From contig NC_069003.1 of assembly GCF_001194135.2 (NCBI RefSeq), positions 36,679,360 through 36,743,359 of the forward strand: 64,000 nucleotides of DNA, in the 5' to 3' direction. Below, one piece after another: positions 13,546-26,483 of the stretch. Under the pieces are notes generated by a model that worked only from the letters and a program-made list of their open reading frames with translations, had not been told where the DNA came from and did no database searches. Source of the DNA: Octopus bimaculoides (Eukaryota). Position numbers and translations under genes: made by a program. Positions within the stretch are counted from its first letter, which is position 1. Every line of letters starts with the position of its first letter.

Positions 13546-13820
13546 TGATCATAACTTTCAGAAAAATGGATATTTTTTAATGAAATTGTCTACAAATATG
13601 TTATATCATGTAGGTCCCGGATATGCAAAATTTTGTTGGGGTGGAGTGGAGGTGGAAGTGTTTTAGGAGGGGGTGGGGTGGGGGAATTTAGGAAAATTCA
13701 CTGGCATCCATTTCAATTTGCCTTAACTTTCGAGAAAATAGATATTTTTTAATGAAATTTTCTACAAATATATCTCGGACTATGTAGATTCCGAGAACAG
13801 GAATTTTGGGGGAAAACAAT
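13546..13820 (+). mobile_element. Unclassified repeat remnant with internal tandem duplication (probable DNA transposon subterminal sequence)
   Basis: Two copies of 'taacttt(cag/cga)..aaaat(g/a)gatatttttaatgaaatt.tctacaaatat'. Homologous to 28146-28330. Confidence 0.55.
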
Positions 13821-13821
13821 T

Positions 13822-13935
13822 GGGGGTCAACTTTGCCTTTCATCCTTTTTGGATCAGTAAAATAAGTACCAGCTGAGTGCTGGGGCTGATGTAATTGACC
13901 TATCCCCCTCCCTTGAAATTGCTGGCCTTGTGGCA
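13822..13935 (+). mobile_element. SINE family A, 3' part
   Basis: Core 'actttgcctttcatcc...aagtaccag...gatgtaattgac' shared with about 10 other copies in the window. Confidence 0.8.
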
Positions 13936-16900
13936 AAATTTTGAAACCAAAATCTGCAGTAACATAAATTGAATGTTTCATGAACATTGCATATTGATAG
14001 AAAGAAAAAAATATGATTTCTTAGAAAGCCACAGCATGGAAGAGACATTTAACAAGACACAAAACTGTTAAAATTCACTTTTATTTCATGAGATATGTCA
14101 ACATACAGTCTCAAATCAAGTACAACTCCAAGATTTGTAAAAGAAAATTATTTCTAACAATCTCAGCAGTTAGAATTTAGTTTGTGACTATACATGTGTG
14201 TGTGTTTTCACATCTGCATATGTATTTAGTGAGTGTGTATGTGTGTGTGAATGTTTGTGTTCATGTCAAAATATGTTTTCCATAATCTAAAAAGCCATCG
14301 AATATTCATGCTTTCAGTTCATAGAACTATTTTTTCAAATTATAAATATGTTGTTCAACTTGATTCACAAAAACTGGAAACATTGGATCAGATAAACAGA
14401 GATGCAGGATTTTATCAAGTCTTTCTTCTTTGAATGTGCTTGCCTGATATGCTCTACTCAGTTCTGTTTGGTCTTGCTTCAGTAAGATCTGGCACATAGA
14501 TAGATATATATGTATATATAAGTAAAGATAGTTTTATTTAAAAAAAGACAAGAAATCTTTCATTTACTTCTCCACTGACATAACAAAAATATGATTACAA
14601 CATTCCAGTTTCATTTGCCGTTTGTATTCATGGAAGTACAAACATGTCTGTAAAGACAACCTTTCCTTTCTGAAAATTATTTCAAGGCAGAATGATGAGA
14701 ACATCTATTTCATTTGTAACTTTACTTTCAGTCCAAATACAACTCTTCCTTTCTACCCTCTTCCTTTCTACTCTCTTCCTTTCTACTCTCTTCCTCAGTT
14801 CATTTTCACCTGATTCTTAATTCCTTTCATTGCATCCATTTTCTCACTTCTCACAGTCAAGAAAATCTGCATTAGTAATATTTTTTTAATTAATTAAAAG
14901 AAGAAAGAAGAAACCACATTNNNNNNNNNNNNNNNNNNNNNNNNNNNNNNNNNNNNNNNNNNNNNNNNNNNNNNNNNNNNNNNNNNNNNNNNNNNNNNNN
15001 NNNNNNNNNNNNNNNNNNNNNNNNNNNNNNNNNNNNNNNNNNNNNNNNNNNNNNNNNNNNNNNNNNNNNNNNNNNNNNNNNNNNNNNNNNNNNNNNNNNN
15101 NNNNNNNNNNNNNNNNNNNTATATATTAAAACCTGACTTTTTAAAAAAATAAAATTGATCCAAAAATTTACTTTAGCAATTTTATCAACTGTGACTTCTT
15201 CATGAGTTGTGGTAGCTGATACGGTATTGGCATCAAAACCCTGAAAATATAATGGTTCAAATATAGAAAATTATTTCAATCAAAGGTAAGCTGAGCTAAT
15301 CGACGACTTTCATCACTAACTGCTAACAGTTAGTGATGTGCTACATATGGAGTGGTTGCAAAGGAGCATCTATGCAATGTGTAGCAGTGATTCATAACCG
15401 AATCACTTGGTAGGCAAACAGACATCATGACCAAACCATAGTAATTTCATGTGATCAGCCTATTCAGTGATCAATCAATGTCAAACCATCACGTGATTAT
15501 TAGGGTGGCAAGCTGTCAGAATCCTTAGCAGCATTCTATCCATCTTTACATTAAAATTCCACCATAGTTTAGATGCTAGTGTGAGTGGATTTGCAAAGTT
15601 TTTAATTACAGGAATAGAAATTAATATGACTTACCTTGGCTATGTATTCTGCATGACTGTTATACAATTGTTTTATAGTAAAAAACCTTGCTAAAGTTGC
15701 TACACTATGAAGACAGGAGTCTTCACCATTCTTGTTATTGTTCACAGAGAACTTTATTTTGAAACGGCGAATGCAGTTCTGTAAATGTATAACAAAACTA
15801 TAAAATGTGAATTAAATTTAATATTGTTATTTGACAAGTTGTTAATTACAAAGAACTATTATTGACAAACGGATAGTGTTTGTAATTCTGTATGGAGGGC
15901 TTTGTTTAAGTCCATCTCTGCTGTGCCACAACAAACTGCTTATCAAAGTAAAACAGCAGTCACAGACAAACCGTCACTTCTCTTGGCCTTTATCAACTGA
16001 ATAACCAAGTCAAAATGTAATTACATGCAAGACATTTTATCATAATCTTCACCACATGACCATTGTCTTAGGCCCTCTTAACTTGGCATGTAATTCAAAT
16101 GACACAAAACAATATATTTCTCTGGTTACCAGTTTAGCTATCTGGTTCTCAGTTTAATTTCATGAAGGAAGAAATTAGGAAATATTTTGTAATGTTACTA
16201 AATATCTGGATAGGCTTCTGATTGGCCCTATAACAAACCTTTCACTAGGAGTCCCCTACTTGAGAGAACCATAGAGAGAGGTACTTGTACAATCAAGGGG
16301 AAATCACTGATGATGGTGTTACTTTTATATGATAATCAATGTTATTTTGTTTTCTTCACCCTGCAACATTATTCCAGTTTTGTTCCATCTGGCCTTAGGC
16401 TGCCTTTTGCATAATTTATTCCATTACAAGAGTCTCGCATAGAGCCCTTCTTCCCTGATCCCTTTCCACACAATATTTTCCCGAAGATATTCTGGTTAAG
16501 CATTAGTCTGATGAGGCTTGCAATGGCTGTAGCCTTTACTCCACTAATCCTGACTGACTTAAACAAATGTACACATACAAGACATGTTTATAAAATATAT
16601 ATACAAAAAAGAAGCAACAACAAGGACATTGAATACAATACTTACTTCTGTCAACTGATTGACAAACAACATGCAGTCAGCAGAAAAGAATACACTTATA
16701 TTGCTTGATCCTCCTACAACAGCATGGTTTTCCTGGAAAGTAATGGCATATTTATTAAGTATTAGTTATATGTATGTTAATGTTGTATAATTAATAAATA
16801 TCATCTATCTTTGGATCTGTCTAACCATATTTGTAAATATGTGTGTGTTACGATGAATATACATATATATATGATGATGATTGCCACTTTTTTCATGGGA

Positions 16901-17673
16901 GAAGGCCATCTCTTCAATTAATAAGTACTGTCACAAGATCTTATGTGACTAGCAAGTCCTGCTCTTGACAAACAAACTCTACTGCTTGTATTTATTGAAA
17001 TATTTGTATTTCAAACATGTGGTATTCCATGGTGACCAGTTCGTGTATTACTAATGAAATTACAAATGTTAATTTTTTCAAGATTTGTCTCTTTTGGTTT
17101 GAACATTTTACTGTAAATTTTGTTTAACAATACTACAATACTTATCGGAATAGAATACCCAATATTTATATGAACACTGGATAAATAAAATACTTTAAAG
17201 TTTACTTACTAAAATAGTGTTATTCTGTGTTATAGTCAAATGTGAAGAATTCTCTAAAGAAAGCTTGATTTGTTTTGTTGGTGTTGAAAGGAAATACTGA
17301 TTAATAAAATAAAAACAAAAAAACAATTAATTTTGAGCAATGAAAATAATCTTGACAGTATAACACACTGCCCCCCACCACCCACACATCACGAACAAGC
17401 TCTCTTTCTCTCTCACACATACACATCTGTTCTGGCTCTTTCTCCACTGACAATGATGCTGGCCATAACATTGTAACAGGGTACATTGGATGCCTTGTCC
17501 TTGGGTAATCATCAGTGACATGGAACAAAGAGACTTGTACACACGGGAAACTGCCAGTTTTCCTCAAAAACATCATGCATAAGCCTGTACATATACATGC
17601 ATGACCAACCTTAACTAATGGAGGCCCAAGAAGATATGTCATTAAAGTGTTTCATATATTTTCATTTTACTTA

Positions 17674-17834
17674 CTGTATTTTAACATGTATAAGGAACTC
17701 CTTAATTTTTGGGCTTAAAATTTGGATAACAGGTTTTGTAAGGGATTATAATACTATCCATGTATAAGAAACTCCCATATTTCCTTAACCTAATTTTTGA
17801 CAAAAAAGGGTTCCTTATACATGTTAACCTACAG
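17674..17834. mobile_element. Tc1/pogo-like MITE, 161 bp
   Basis: 25-bp TIRs CTGTATTTTAACATGTATAAGGAAC / GTTCCTTATACATGTTAACCTACAG (23/25 match), flanked by TA on both sides. Internal copy of the TIR motif near 17759. Confidence 0.85.
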
Positions 17835-18801
17835 TATATTTGGTGGTATCAGCCCCAATATAACCGCAAACTGATAACCACATAATATGGTTTTCTAAAA
17901 CAACAACAACAACAACACTATCCATCATTTTTTTTAATATTGAAGGTTTATAACATGCAATTAAGTGGGTGGTAAAAATCTAATTATTTTATATTAATTA
18001 GTTTAAATTTTAACTTTAGCCGTCACCAAATTACCTTCCAATAATCCAGCATAATGCAGAGACAAATTTATTGTTTAATTAACCTGTTTGAATGATCACA
18101 AATCTAGAACCTTGAGTCAATTTTGAATCAGATAAGAGAGTTAGAAGCAGTTTAGTTTCACTGTGAGTGGGTATCCTTGAATTACTATTTTAGGGGAAAA
18201 GCAACTATTTAACCCTGGCAAACGACCCCATTTAGTTACAGTAGTGCAATAAATGTCCCCATCACATGCTGTCAAGTGCTTTGTGATGGGAAATGCATCC
18301 TGTCATAAAAACCATATATTACACTATTACAAAGATTGAAGGAAGAAAACATTAGAATAACTGCAGTTAATTTTATTTATAAAATACCTTCCAGATGCCA
18401 TTTAGTTCAAGATTATTTTCATGTAAATTTTCTGGATTGGTGTTACTGGTATTCTGGTATCGAGCATAACATTCAATATCCCAATAGGGATATCCAACAG
18501 TAGACATTCTGGTCTAGTAGTTTGAAAGAAAAAGTAATTAAAAGGAATGGTCATTTTAAGACAGTCTGAGACAAGTTATGAAAATTCCAGTCGAATGTCT
18601 CTTATCAAAGTAAATTAATAAGTTTAGTTGTTTTATTATTTCCACCATAGAGCCGATCTATATTCCTTTAATGGGGGAAAAGTATTGCAATTTACTTGAA
18701 AGATTGCAAAATGTGGAAATGAGATGAATGTTTGCAAAAACCTTTGAACAGGTGAGGAAGAAACAAATATGTAAAGGTAATGTCAATATATAAAAACAAC
18801 G

Positions 18802-19025
18802 AGGGCAGTGAGCCGGCAGAAACGTTAACATGCCGGGCAAAATGCTTAGCGGTATTTTGTCTGCCGTTAGGGTCTGAGTTCAAATTCCGCCGAAATTGAC
18901 TTTGCCTTTCATCCTTTCAGGGTCGATTAAAAAAGTACCAGTTACGCACTGGGTCGATGTAATCGACTTAATCCCTTTGTTTGTCCTCTCTATGTTTATC
19001 TCCCTGTGGGCAATAAAGAAATAAA
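18802..19025 (+). mobile_element. tRNA-derived SINE family A, near full length
   Basis: A-box-like head (GGCAGAAACGTTA), B-box GAGTTCAAATTCC, conserved core and A-rich tail. Confidence 0.9.
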
Positions 19026-19976
19026 TATATAAAAACAACGAGAAAAGGGATTGCATAATTTTACATAGATTAATTAATGATGCTCTAATATCTCAGGATA
19101 ACCAAAGAATATATATATATACTTTAAAAAAAATTACGATTATATTGGAATTTGTTGAGAAAAAATAAAATAAAACATGGAGGGCACATCATATATATAA
19201 ATATATATCTACAAAATATCAAGTTTCATTTTGTAGATATATATGTATGTGTTCGCGGCCACCATTTTTGTTTGCATAAAATTTTGATGTAATCGTAACC
19301 TGCACCATTTGACAAGTATTTGGAGAAAATTTCATTGAAAGATATACATTGTTCTTGAAAGTTATGAGGAAACAAAGTCCAAGTGGTTTACATTTGTGCA
19401 AGTATGTCCAGAATTCCTTCCCATGGACAATAAACGCAAAAATATCGATGTTTTTACTCGATAATTCATTGCTATTTGTATAGAATCATTTAATGAGAAA
19501 GTGACGGATGTTTTAGAATTATTTCCATGAATATGATTGAAAACATGACATTAATTTTATAAGATGCAGTAAGTTATTTCTTTTGTTATAAGGTCTTTTA
19601 ATGTTTCATAATGGAAATAAATGAGATGAATGCAATGTAAAGCATAAGTTAAATGTTTTATTTAACATCTTTAAGATGTTTCAATCATTGCTCTATTGCT
19701 ATATCTACCTTTAAACAAATTTCAAGGAAGGTTTTTTTTTGAAAAATAAATTTACTCAGATCAATTTTCTTACGAAGCATCCTGAATGTGGATAGAATTA
19801 CAACAGAAGACCAAGATTGTCTTTTATTTCTCTGTAGCATTAATAAAGAATCAAGAAATTGTATCTTTTCATAAACCGAACATAAACATTTATCGTTATT
19901 TTTACCTTGGTAAAAGGTTCAATTTTGTTACAATACAATATTATCATCAAACACTAAAATATTCAATAATAAATCA

Positions 19977-20693
19977 GGTAATCTTCCAGTTTCGAGAGGT
20001 TAAAAAAGTAAATAAAATACAAGGGAAATAACTGAACGTCTTACCAGTATTATCCGTACTACTTTGTTTATAAATAAATCCCGTGATTTGATTGACGTTA
20101 ACTGTTTATAGACAAATCACACACGTGATTGAATATCATAGTTTCNNNNNNNNNNGTGATTTAAGCAGTAGCTCAAGATACAGAATGTTGGAATGGTGTG
20201 CGCGTCGTCGACTTATTAGAAATAAGTTTACCTGCGACGACTGTCTAGTACCATGCGGACTTATTACACGTGGTGACAGAATAGATGGAAAAGAATGGTA
20301 CTGTAAACAGTGTAAAAAAAAAAGAAATCTGTGCGCTACAGTTCATTTTTTGAAAGGAGCCATATTCCACTCTTCAATCTGGTGTTGCTTATTTACTGCT
20401 GGTGCAAGGAAATAATGCAAAAACATATTGTAAATGAGTGCTCTCTTAGTCACACTAGCGTGGTAGATTGGAGAAAAAAGTCGCATGCTGTTTGTAAAAA
20501 GAAAAAAACATTTTAAACTTTTATAAAAAAAAATTCCGTCGCATGCTGTTTTAGATTCTTTTCTGCCTGTTAAAATTCCGTCGCATGCTGTTTTAGAGAA
20601 AAAGTAGTACGGATAATACTGGTAAGTCGTTCAGTTATTTCCCTTGAATATTTTTTATTTATTTCTTTTACTTCTCGAAACTGGAAGATTACC
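19977..20693 (+). mobile_element. Merlin (IS1016-like) DNA transposon, internal-deletion derivative
   Basis: About 90-bp TIRs starting GGTAATCTTCCAG, 8-bp TSD ATAAATCA/ATAAATCG. Internal frames encode a C-x2-C...WYC-x2-C zinc ribbon and SVRYSSFFERSHIP...LIYCW...TSVVDW, typical of the Merlin transposase N-terminus. Confidence 0.88.
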
Positions 20694-21789
20694 ATAAATC
20701 GTTACCTTTACTGGTTAAAATAACGAGATTTTGGTTTGGAAGTTTATCGTCTGGTCAGTGACGAAATACACACACACACATACACACATGCGCGTACACA
20801 TACATACGCGCGTCACACAGACATACACACGCTCAAAATTTATCGTCTGCTTAACAGCTAAACACACACTCACACATAAACACTCAAACTTAATCGTCTG
20901 GTTGACGACTTAACGCATATATACATGCATACACATGAGGATTGACATAGACACACAAACATACATAGACATCTACATACACACATGCAAACATATGTAC
21001 ATATACATACAATTATAGTCACACACGCATACGTAATCACAAACACATATACATAAGTAGATATACATACACGCATATACATGGATACGTGAACACACAT
21101 ACACACACTCACATACATGTGCTTCCCTCTATCACTAGTTTTTAACAACACCAACTCATTTTAATATCCCCAGTCATGTCCGCTCTGTGGAAACAGTCAT
21201 TAACGTTTGAATGAATGTAGTTACAGTCTCATGAGTGTTTCTATGATAATTGATAACTTTGTTACAGATTTTGTGTTTGGTAAACAATAAAGATCTAGAA
21301 ATTTTCCAGGTGAACATTTGACAATCAGAAACGTTATTTTCAAGCAATTTGGTTCACTTTTAACTCAATTCAAGTTTCTTTCATTTTGCCTTAACTGTTG
21401 CTTCCCGATCATTCTTTCACCCACAAAATTCTTTAAACCTAGTTAAACTTACATAAAATAGTTTCACATTTTATGTGTGTTGGTTGTCTTAGGGTCTTTG
21501 AGGCACAGAAGTTGTGGAAGTGATCATTAACATCGACATCAGTGTACAGATGATCAACGGTTTAAAACTATCCGTCGTTATCAATGTAGAATGTAATTTA
21601 ATTAAAATATTCTTGAATAGATACACAACAATAATTTGTAAGAAAAATTGAAAAGACGTCTTTTGAATGTTTTTTTGTTGTTAAAATATTCTTTATTCAT
21701 TTATAAATATTGAAGGACTGCAAAAGTTGCAAAGAAAGCAGAGTTAACTCCCTTATGAAACTGTCCGAATTTGCTTACGACTGTCAACC

Positions 21790-22110
21790 CATTCTTTTAC
21801 TTGTTTCGGTAATATGATTGCGGCCATGCTGGAGCACCGCCTTTAGTCGAGCAAATCGACCCCAGCATTTATTCTTTGTAAACCTAGTACTTATTCTATC
21901 ATCCCAATTTTGCCAAACCGCTAAGTTACGGGGACGTAAACACACCGGCATCGGTTGTCAAGCGATGCTGGGGAGACAAACACAGATACACAAACACATA
22001 CATATATATATATACATATATACGACGGGCTTCTTTCAGTTTCCGTCTACCAGATCCACTCACAAGGTCGGCCTGAGTCTATAGTAGAAGACACTTGCCC
22101 AAGGGGCCGT
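21790..22110 (-). mobile_element. SINE family B (CORE-like; possibly the octopus OR family)
   Basis: Shared blocks 'gcggccatgctggagcaccgcc', 'gtttccgtctac', 'gaagacacttgcccaagg' recur at 29540, 47800, 61635 and 63955. Confidence 0.85.
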
Positions 22111-23206
22111 TGAATTATGTTTAATTTGCTGAAGTCTGTAGTGAAGTAATACAGCGGTCATTTTAGAAAGCAGGAAAAAACAACAACCGGTAAGATCGTA
22201 TATACATATACACACACACTGTCTTCTAAGTACACTTGTAGTTGATAACTCATTTTCTTCCCCAATGCCTTAGATTGCTATAAATCAGGGACTACATTGT
22301 CCAATGTGTCCTTTCTTTTTACAAAACACAACCATGCCTGTGCCTATGGGTATCATTAGCTGGAAAAAAAAAATGAATGGGAAATGAGAATCTCTCATTG
22401 TATTTATAAAATTATTAATAACAATTGTAAATTGATTTTTGATTGGCGAATATAATACATTTCCATGGCAACTAAATATGCAAACTAACAAGTTTTATAA
22501 GGAAGGGAAAAATCATAAGATATTTTGAGATTGGTTCTCAGTAAGTATTGTTCTTGGACAAGTTGTCTTGTGATGAGAACTTAATGGCATTAGCTGAGAT
22601 ATGAAGAAGAGATGACTGCAATAGTTTGGATTTATAATGCTGAATGAGTGGTGAAATAATAGCATGGGTTGATAGTGGAATGGAATGACTGGAAGAAATA
22701 TAAAGTGTAATGAAGTCAGATATCAGGATTCTGGGTCTCACAGTTGGGACAATGAACAGAAGTGGCAACATGGAATTAAAAAATTCATTTTCTATGTTGG
22801 AATGGATTGTACTGGTCCAACATGGAAAATAAATTTTAAAATGATGAAGAATTATTTGTGATAAAAATTGTTTAATTCTGGTGGAGTCTTCAGGAATAGG
22901 AACTAAATTTACAAGAGAGCAACAGGAATTGTTAAAACAGTAATTTACAAACCACAAGACAGAGTTTTTTTTTATTTATCTTTATAAAGAAAACAGATCG
23001 ACTTCAGCAACATGTATACAGCTTAAATTCATTTTGACATGCGCAGAAAACTATATTTTTATAATATCATTTAGAATCAGATGGTTTTATATTAATCATA
23101 TACATTTATGTAATATGGTAATTTTGGATTTCATTATCAACGAGATGAAAATAAAAAAAAGTATTTGAAGCTAAGAATTCTTATTTTCTTTAGGTACATA
23201 AATACA

Positions 23207-23419
23207 TTATTTTTTTTTATTCTTTTTCCCTTTTGCCAACAAGGATGGGTCAATCTGTTCAGGTGTTAATCCTTTCACAGCAAATAAACGTTGGGCTCTT
23301 TCTGTCAAAGTACCTCCACATTTCATGCCTCTGTCTTGCAATGCAGCTTTTAACATATCAAGGCCTAAAACTTCAAGGTCACGGGCACAGTCAGCATTTG
23401 CCAGAACCTCTCCAACATC
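23207..23419 (-). CDS. SDE2: SDE2 exon 6, C-terminal SAP-like domain
   Basis: cctcag acceptor. [50 protein letters not shown] matches the SDE2 C-terminus. TAA at 23207. Confidence 0.95.
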   Translation of the reverse strand, partial: DVGEVLANADCARDLEVLGLDMLKAALQDRGMKCGGTLTERAQRLFAVKGLTPEQIDPSLLAKGKKNKKK

Positions 23420-23792
23420 CTGAGGTAAAAACAAAGTAAAGAACAAAACAGTTAATTATATTCTAATATCAGATTATCAATTTTCTAGATCTTAAAAATG
23501 TTTTTAACTATTTCAGTAGTCTCAGCTAATTGAAATGATAGGAATCCCAATAATTGGTTAAAGAGTTAGTCGTAAGTATCTCATTAACAGTGCAGTGCTG
23601 TGTTCATTGGCCAAGATGCTTAAACCACCAAGACTCAGTTAATCTATACTTTATCTATTTCAAAATTTCTTTTCTGTGAAATGTAAGTAGGATAATTGTA
23701 AGGTTTTATTCACCAACCCAACAGTTGTTTTTATAAATACAAGTTAATAAATCTCCCAAAAATGCAACAAAAGAAATGAATTTTATTCTTAC

Positions 23793-24183
23793 CAATGTAG
23801 CACCATTTTGTTGAGTTGATTCATCAGTATTATTGGTACAAGATGCTACCTCCTTCTCATCTTCTGTTTTGGATGTTGTTGGAGGTGGGTTTTTTGTTAT
23901 GGTTGTGGATGATGATGATGAGCCACCAGTACTGTTATTGGTTGTGGAATTATCTGAAGAATCAGGAGATGGAGTGACTTCATGTTCAGGAGGAACAGAC
24001 AGGAATTTTGTAGAGCTCAGAGAACTGTTTGAGTCTGTACAGTCATCAACTGATGTACTGCCAGCGGATGTGGATGCAGTGCAGCTGGTACTAGGAAAGG
24101 CAGCGGCAGACGGACAAGCTATGGCAATATCGCAGTCATCAGATAAATCACTGTCATTGAGGTTGTCTTTGTTAATTCCAATC
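23793..24183 (-). CDS. SDE2: SDE2 exon 5, Ser/Thr/Asp-rich linker
   Basis: tttatag acceptor, gtaaga donor, 391 nt open frame, phases 2/0 consistent with neighbouring exons. Confidence 0.88.
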
Positions 24184-24519
24184 CTATAAAATTAGAGAGA
24201 GAGAGAGAGAGAAATGTTATATTATTAAAACAATCCAAAATTTAATTGTATATAATATAAGTATGCATGTGTATTGGAAAGTGGGTGTAATTTTGAAGAA
24301 CTGGAAAATGCATAAAAACATTGTGCTTTACTTGAAATGCTAAAATGAGATATTGCTTATGGTAGGGAGAGAAATATTATTTTAAAAGCATGTCTTATAT
24401 GAGGAGTGGAAAAAAAAAATCCAAAACAATTGGTAAAGCATTCATTAGAGCTATACATGGTATCATGATATATGAGTATTATTATTATTATTAGAGATAT
24501 ATTAAATAAAATGATTTAC

Positions 24520-24616
24520 CAATTCCAGTGTTTGTCTAAAGATTTACTTTCCAATTTTCGTTTTTTCCCTCCTTGGACACTTTCTGCAGAACTGGTATCT
24601 CCATTCCTCTTTAGGC
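24520..24616 (-). CDS. SDE2: SDE2 exon 4 (GLKRNGDTSSAESVQGGKKRKLESKSLDKHWNW)
   Basis: ttttccag acceptor, gtaaat donor, 97 nt, phases 1/2. Basic NLS-like KKRK and the Trp preceding the linker. Confidence 0.85.
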
Positions 24617-25216
24617 CTGGAAAAATAAATATCCCATTAAGCAGTAAAGAAACAAATGCACACACACACGCGTTTATACACACTAATGTAAGATTATCAA
24701 GGGATAAAGATTTCTTGATGAATACATCAATACTGGATGTGGAGTCAAATTTATTATATAGGAATTGACTTCAAGTTTAGCCTCTGAAAGCTTTGTGAGT
24801 TATTTGGTGGCACTTACTATGTACCAGACAAAGTCCTGGGATAGACATAATTGATTAGAACCCCTGAAGGTAGTGTTACAGTAAAAATTAAGTGAAAAGG
24901 AACATTATCCCAGTGAAAGTATTAATTATTCAAGTTAAGGTCTGTAATATTAAATGTATCAGACACTGTCATCTACTAGATAAATGTAATTATTGATGAA
25001 AAGTTATTTCTATAATAATGATTAACATTACTGTATCACATAAGCCGCCAGGTTAAGGTGGAATGAAGAGATTGAAGTGTGACTAAGTCAACTTGGCATA
25101 GTTTATATCCCAGCTAAGTAATCAGTATTATAAAAGTGATAAAAGGTGTAATTTTGTTCAGTAATAAACACTCATTTAAAGCTAAACAAGGGACTTCCAA
25201 GGTGGCAATGGCTTAC

Positions 25217-25498
25217 CTGCTGTGATAGCATCCTCAAGGTCCCGTGAGACTTTCTCTTTCTGTTTTTGATAAACTTGGTCTTCAAATTGATGTTTTGGTG
25301 TTTCTCGAAGTCGAAGAGATCTCTCTTCTCGACGTCTAGTCCGTTCTTTCTCATGCTCCACTTGTTTAGCCATCCACTCTTTCAACTGCTTCTCATTATT
25401 AATGTCTCGCATACGGCGTCCGCTCAAATCTCGGCAAGCTTCTCGGTTGGTGGTTTTCTCTATCTGGGCACCAATGGCACGTAACATTGAACCAAACC
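25217..25498 (-). CDS. SDE2: SDE2 exon 3, conserved Sde2 domain
   Basis: [34 protein letters not shown] is nearly identical to the SDE2 signature. ag acceptor, gtaagc donor, 282 nt. Confidence 0.97.
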
Positions 25499-25662
25499 CT
25501 TCGAAAATAACACAAATATCACGAAGGAATAAAACAGCCAAAATAGCAAAGTCAAAATAAATCTAAGAAATATTTCAGGTTTTGGATATTTCTATCAAGA
25601 TTCAGATAAAAACACTCATAAATATTTTCTTCATATTTATTCATAATAATCGTTTCTACTAT

Positions 25663-25852
25663 AGGCACAAGGCCTCAGGGAGTGGGGGGCTAATCAATAA
25701 CTTCAATCCTAGTACTCAATTGGTACTTATTTCATCAACCCTGAAGGGATGAATGGCAAAGTCATCTTTGGCAGAATTTGAACTCATAACATAAAGACTG
25801 ATGAAATGCTGCTAAGCATTTTGTCCAGCATGCTAATGATTCTGCCAGCTTG
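25663..25852 (-). mobile_element. SINE family A in SDE2 intron 2
   Basis: Reverse complement of the family A core and head. Confidence 0.8.
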
Positions 25853-26365
25853 TTCACAATAATAATAATAATAATAATAATAACAACCATCATATATCAA
25901 TGATACTGATGAGAGATCTCAAAGAAATACTTGATAGGGATTATCAATAGGGAATTGAAGTATCTAAATAATTTCAGACTCGTTAGTAACACCATTTACC
26001 ATCTCTTTCAGAAATGTCATGTTTGCAAGTACGGAGAGATGTACATTTCTTGTGTCTGTGTCACAAATGCAGTTTTATGGAAGAGTTCCAGGATTTCTGG
26101 ACATCTTTTAACAGGACTCATTTAAAGTTGCAAGAAAGTTAGAAAACTTTTGTTAACATAGAAGAAGGATGATCATTCTAGTCTGATCATCATCACCATT
26201 AACAGTGAAATGTTCATGGAGTGGAGATATCTGTCTATCAACACATCTCCAGTTGTCTATTAACACACCAATCTTATATACAACAATAGCACTCTAAGCC
26301 CTAGTCTGGTGACAAGTCTCCCCTTCAGCCAAACGGTTTGATTTGGACAACGACGGTGCACTCAC

Positions 26366-26483
26366 CTCCTTTCCCACCAACCAGTCTCGGCAGAAGCTGA
26401 TAGTGACACCCAGCTTTAATGACATCGTCGTCATTCAAAATATGTCCTTGACACGTTAAATAGCAGTCATCAACCGGGAAGAT
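26366..26483 (-). CDS. SDE2: SDE2 exon 2, ubiquitin-like domain ending RLVGG|KGG
   Basis: tttgtag acceptor, gtgagt donor, 118 nt. IFPVDDCYLTCQGHILNDDDVIKAGCHYQLLPRLVGGKG. Confidence 0.92.

Noticed and set aside
16508-16540. CTGATGA followed by a GGCT/AGCC stem, as a third hammerhead
   Set aside because: The stem is followed by TTTA rather than GAAA, and there is no helix III or NUH.
22538-22957. 139-aa minus-strand ORF
   Set aside because: TTG start and no domain. The plus strand has only a faint resemblance to an RTE endonuclease start, too weak to call.
23833-24189. 118-aa plus-strand ORF
   Set aside because: Antisense shadow of SDE2 exon 5.
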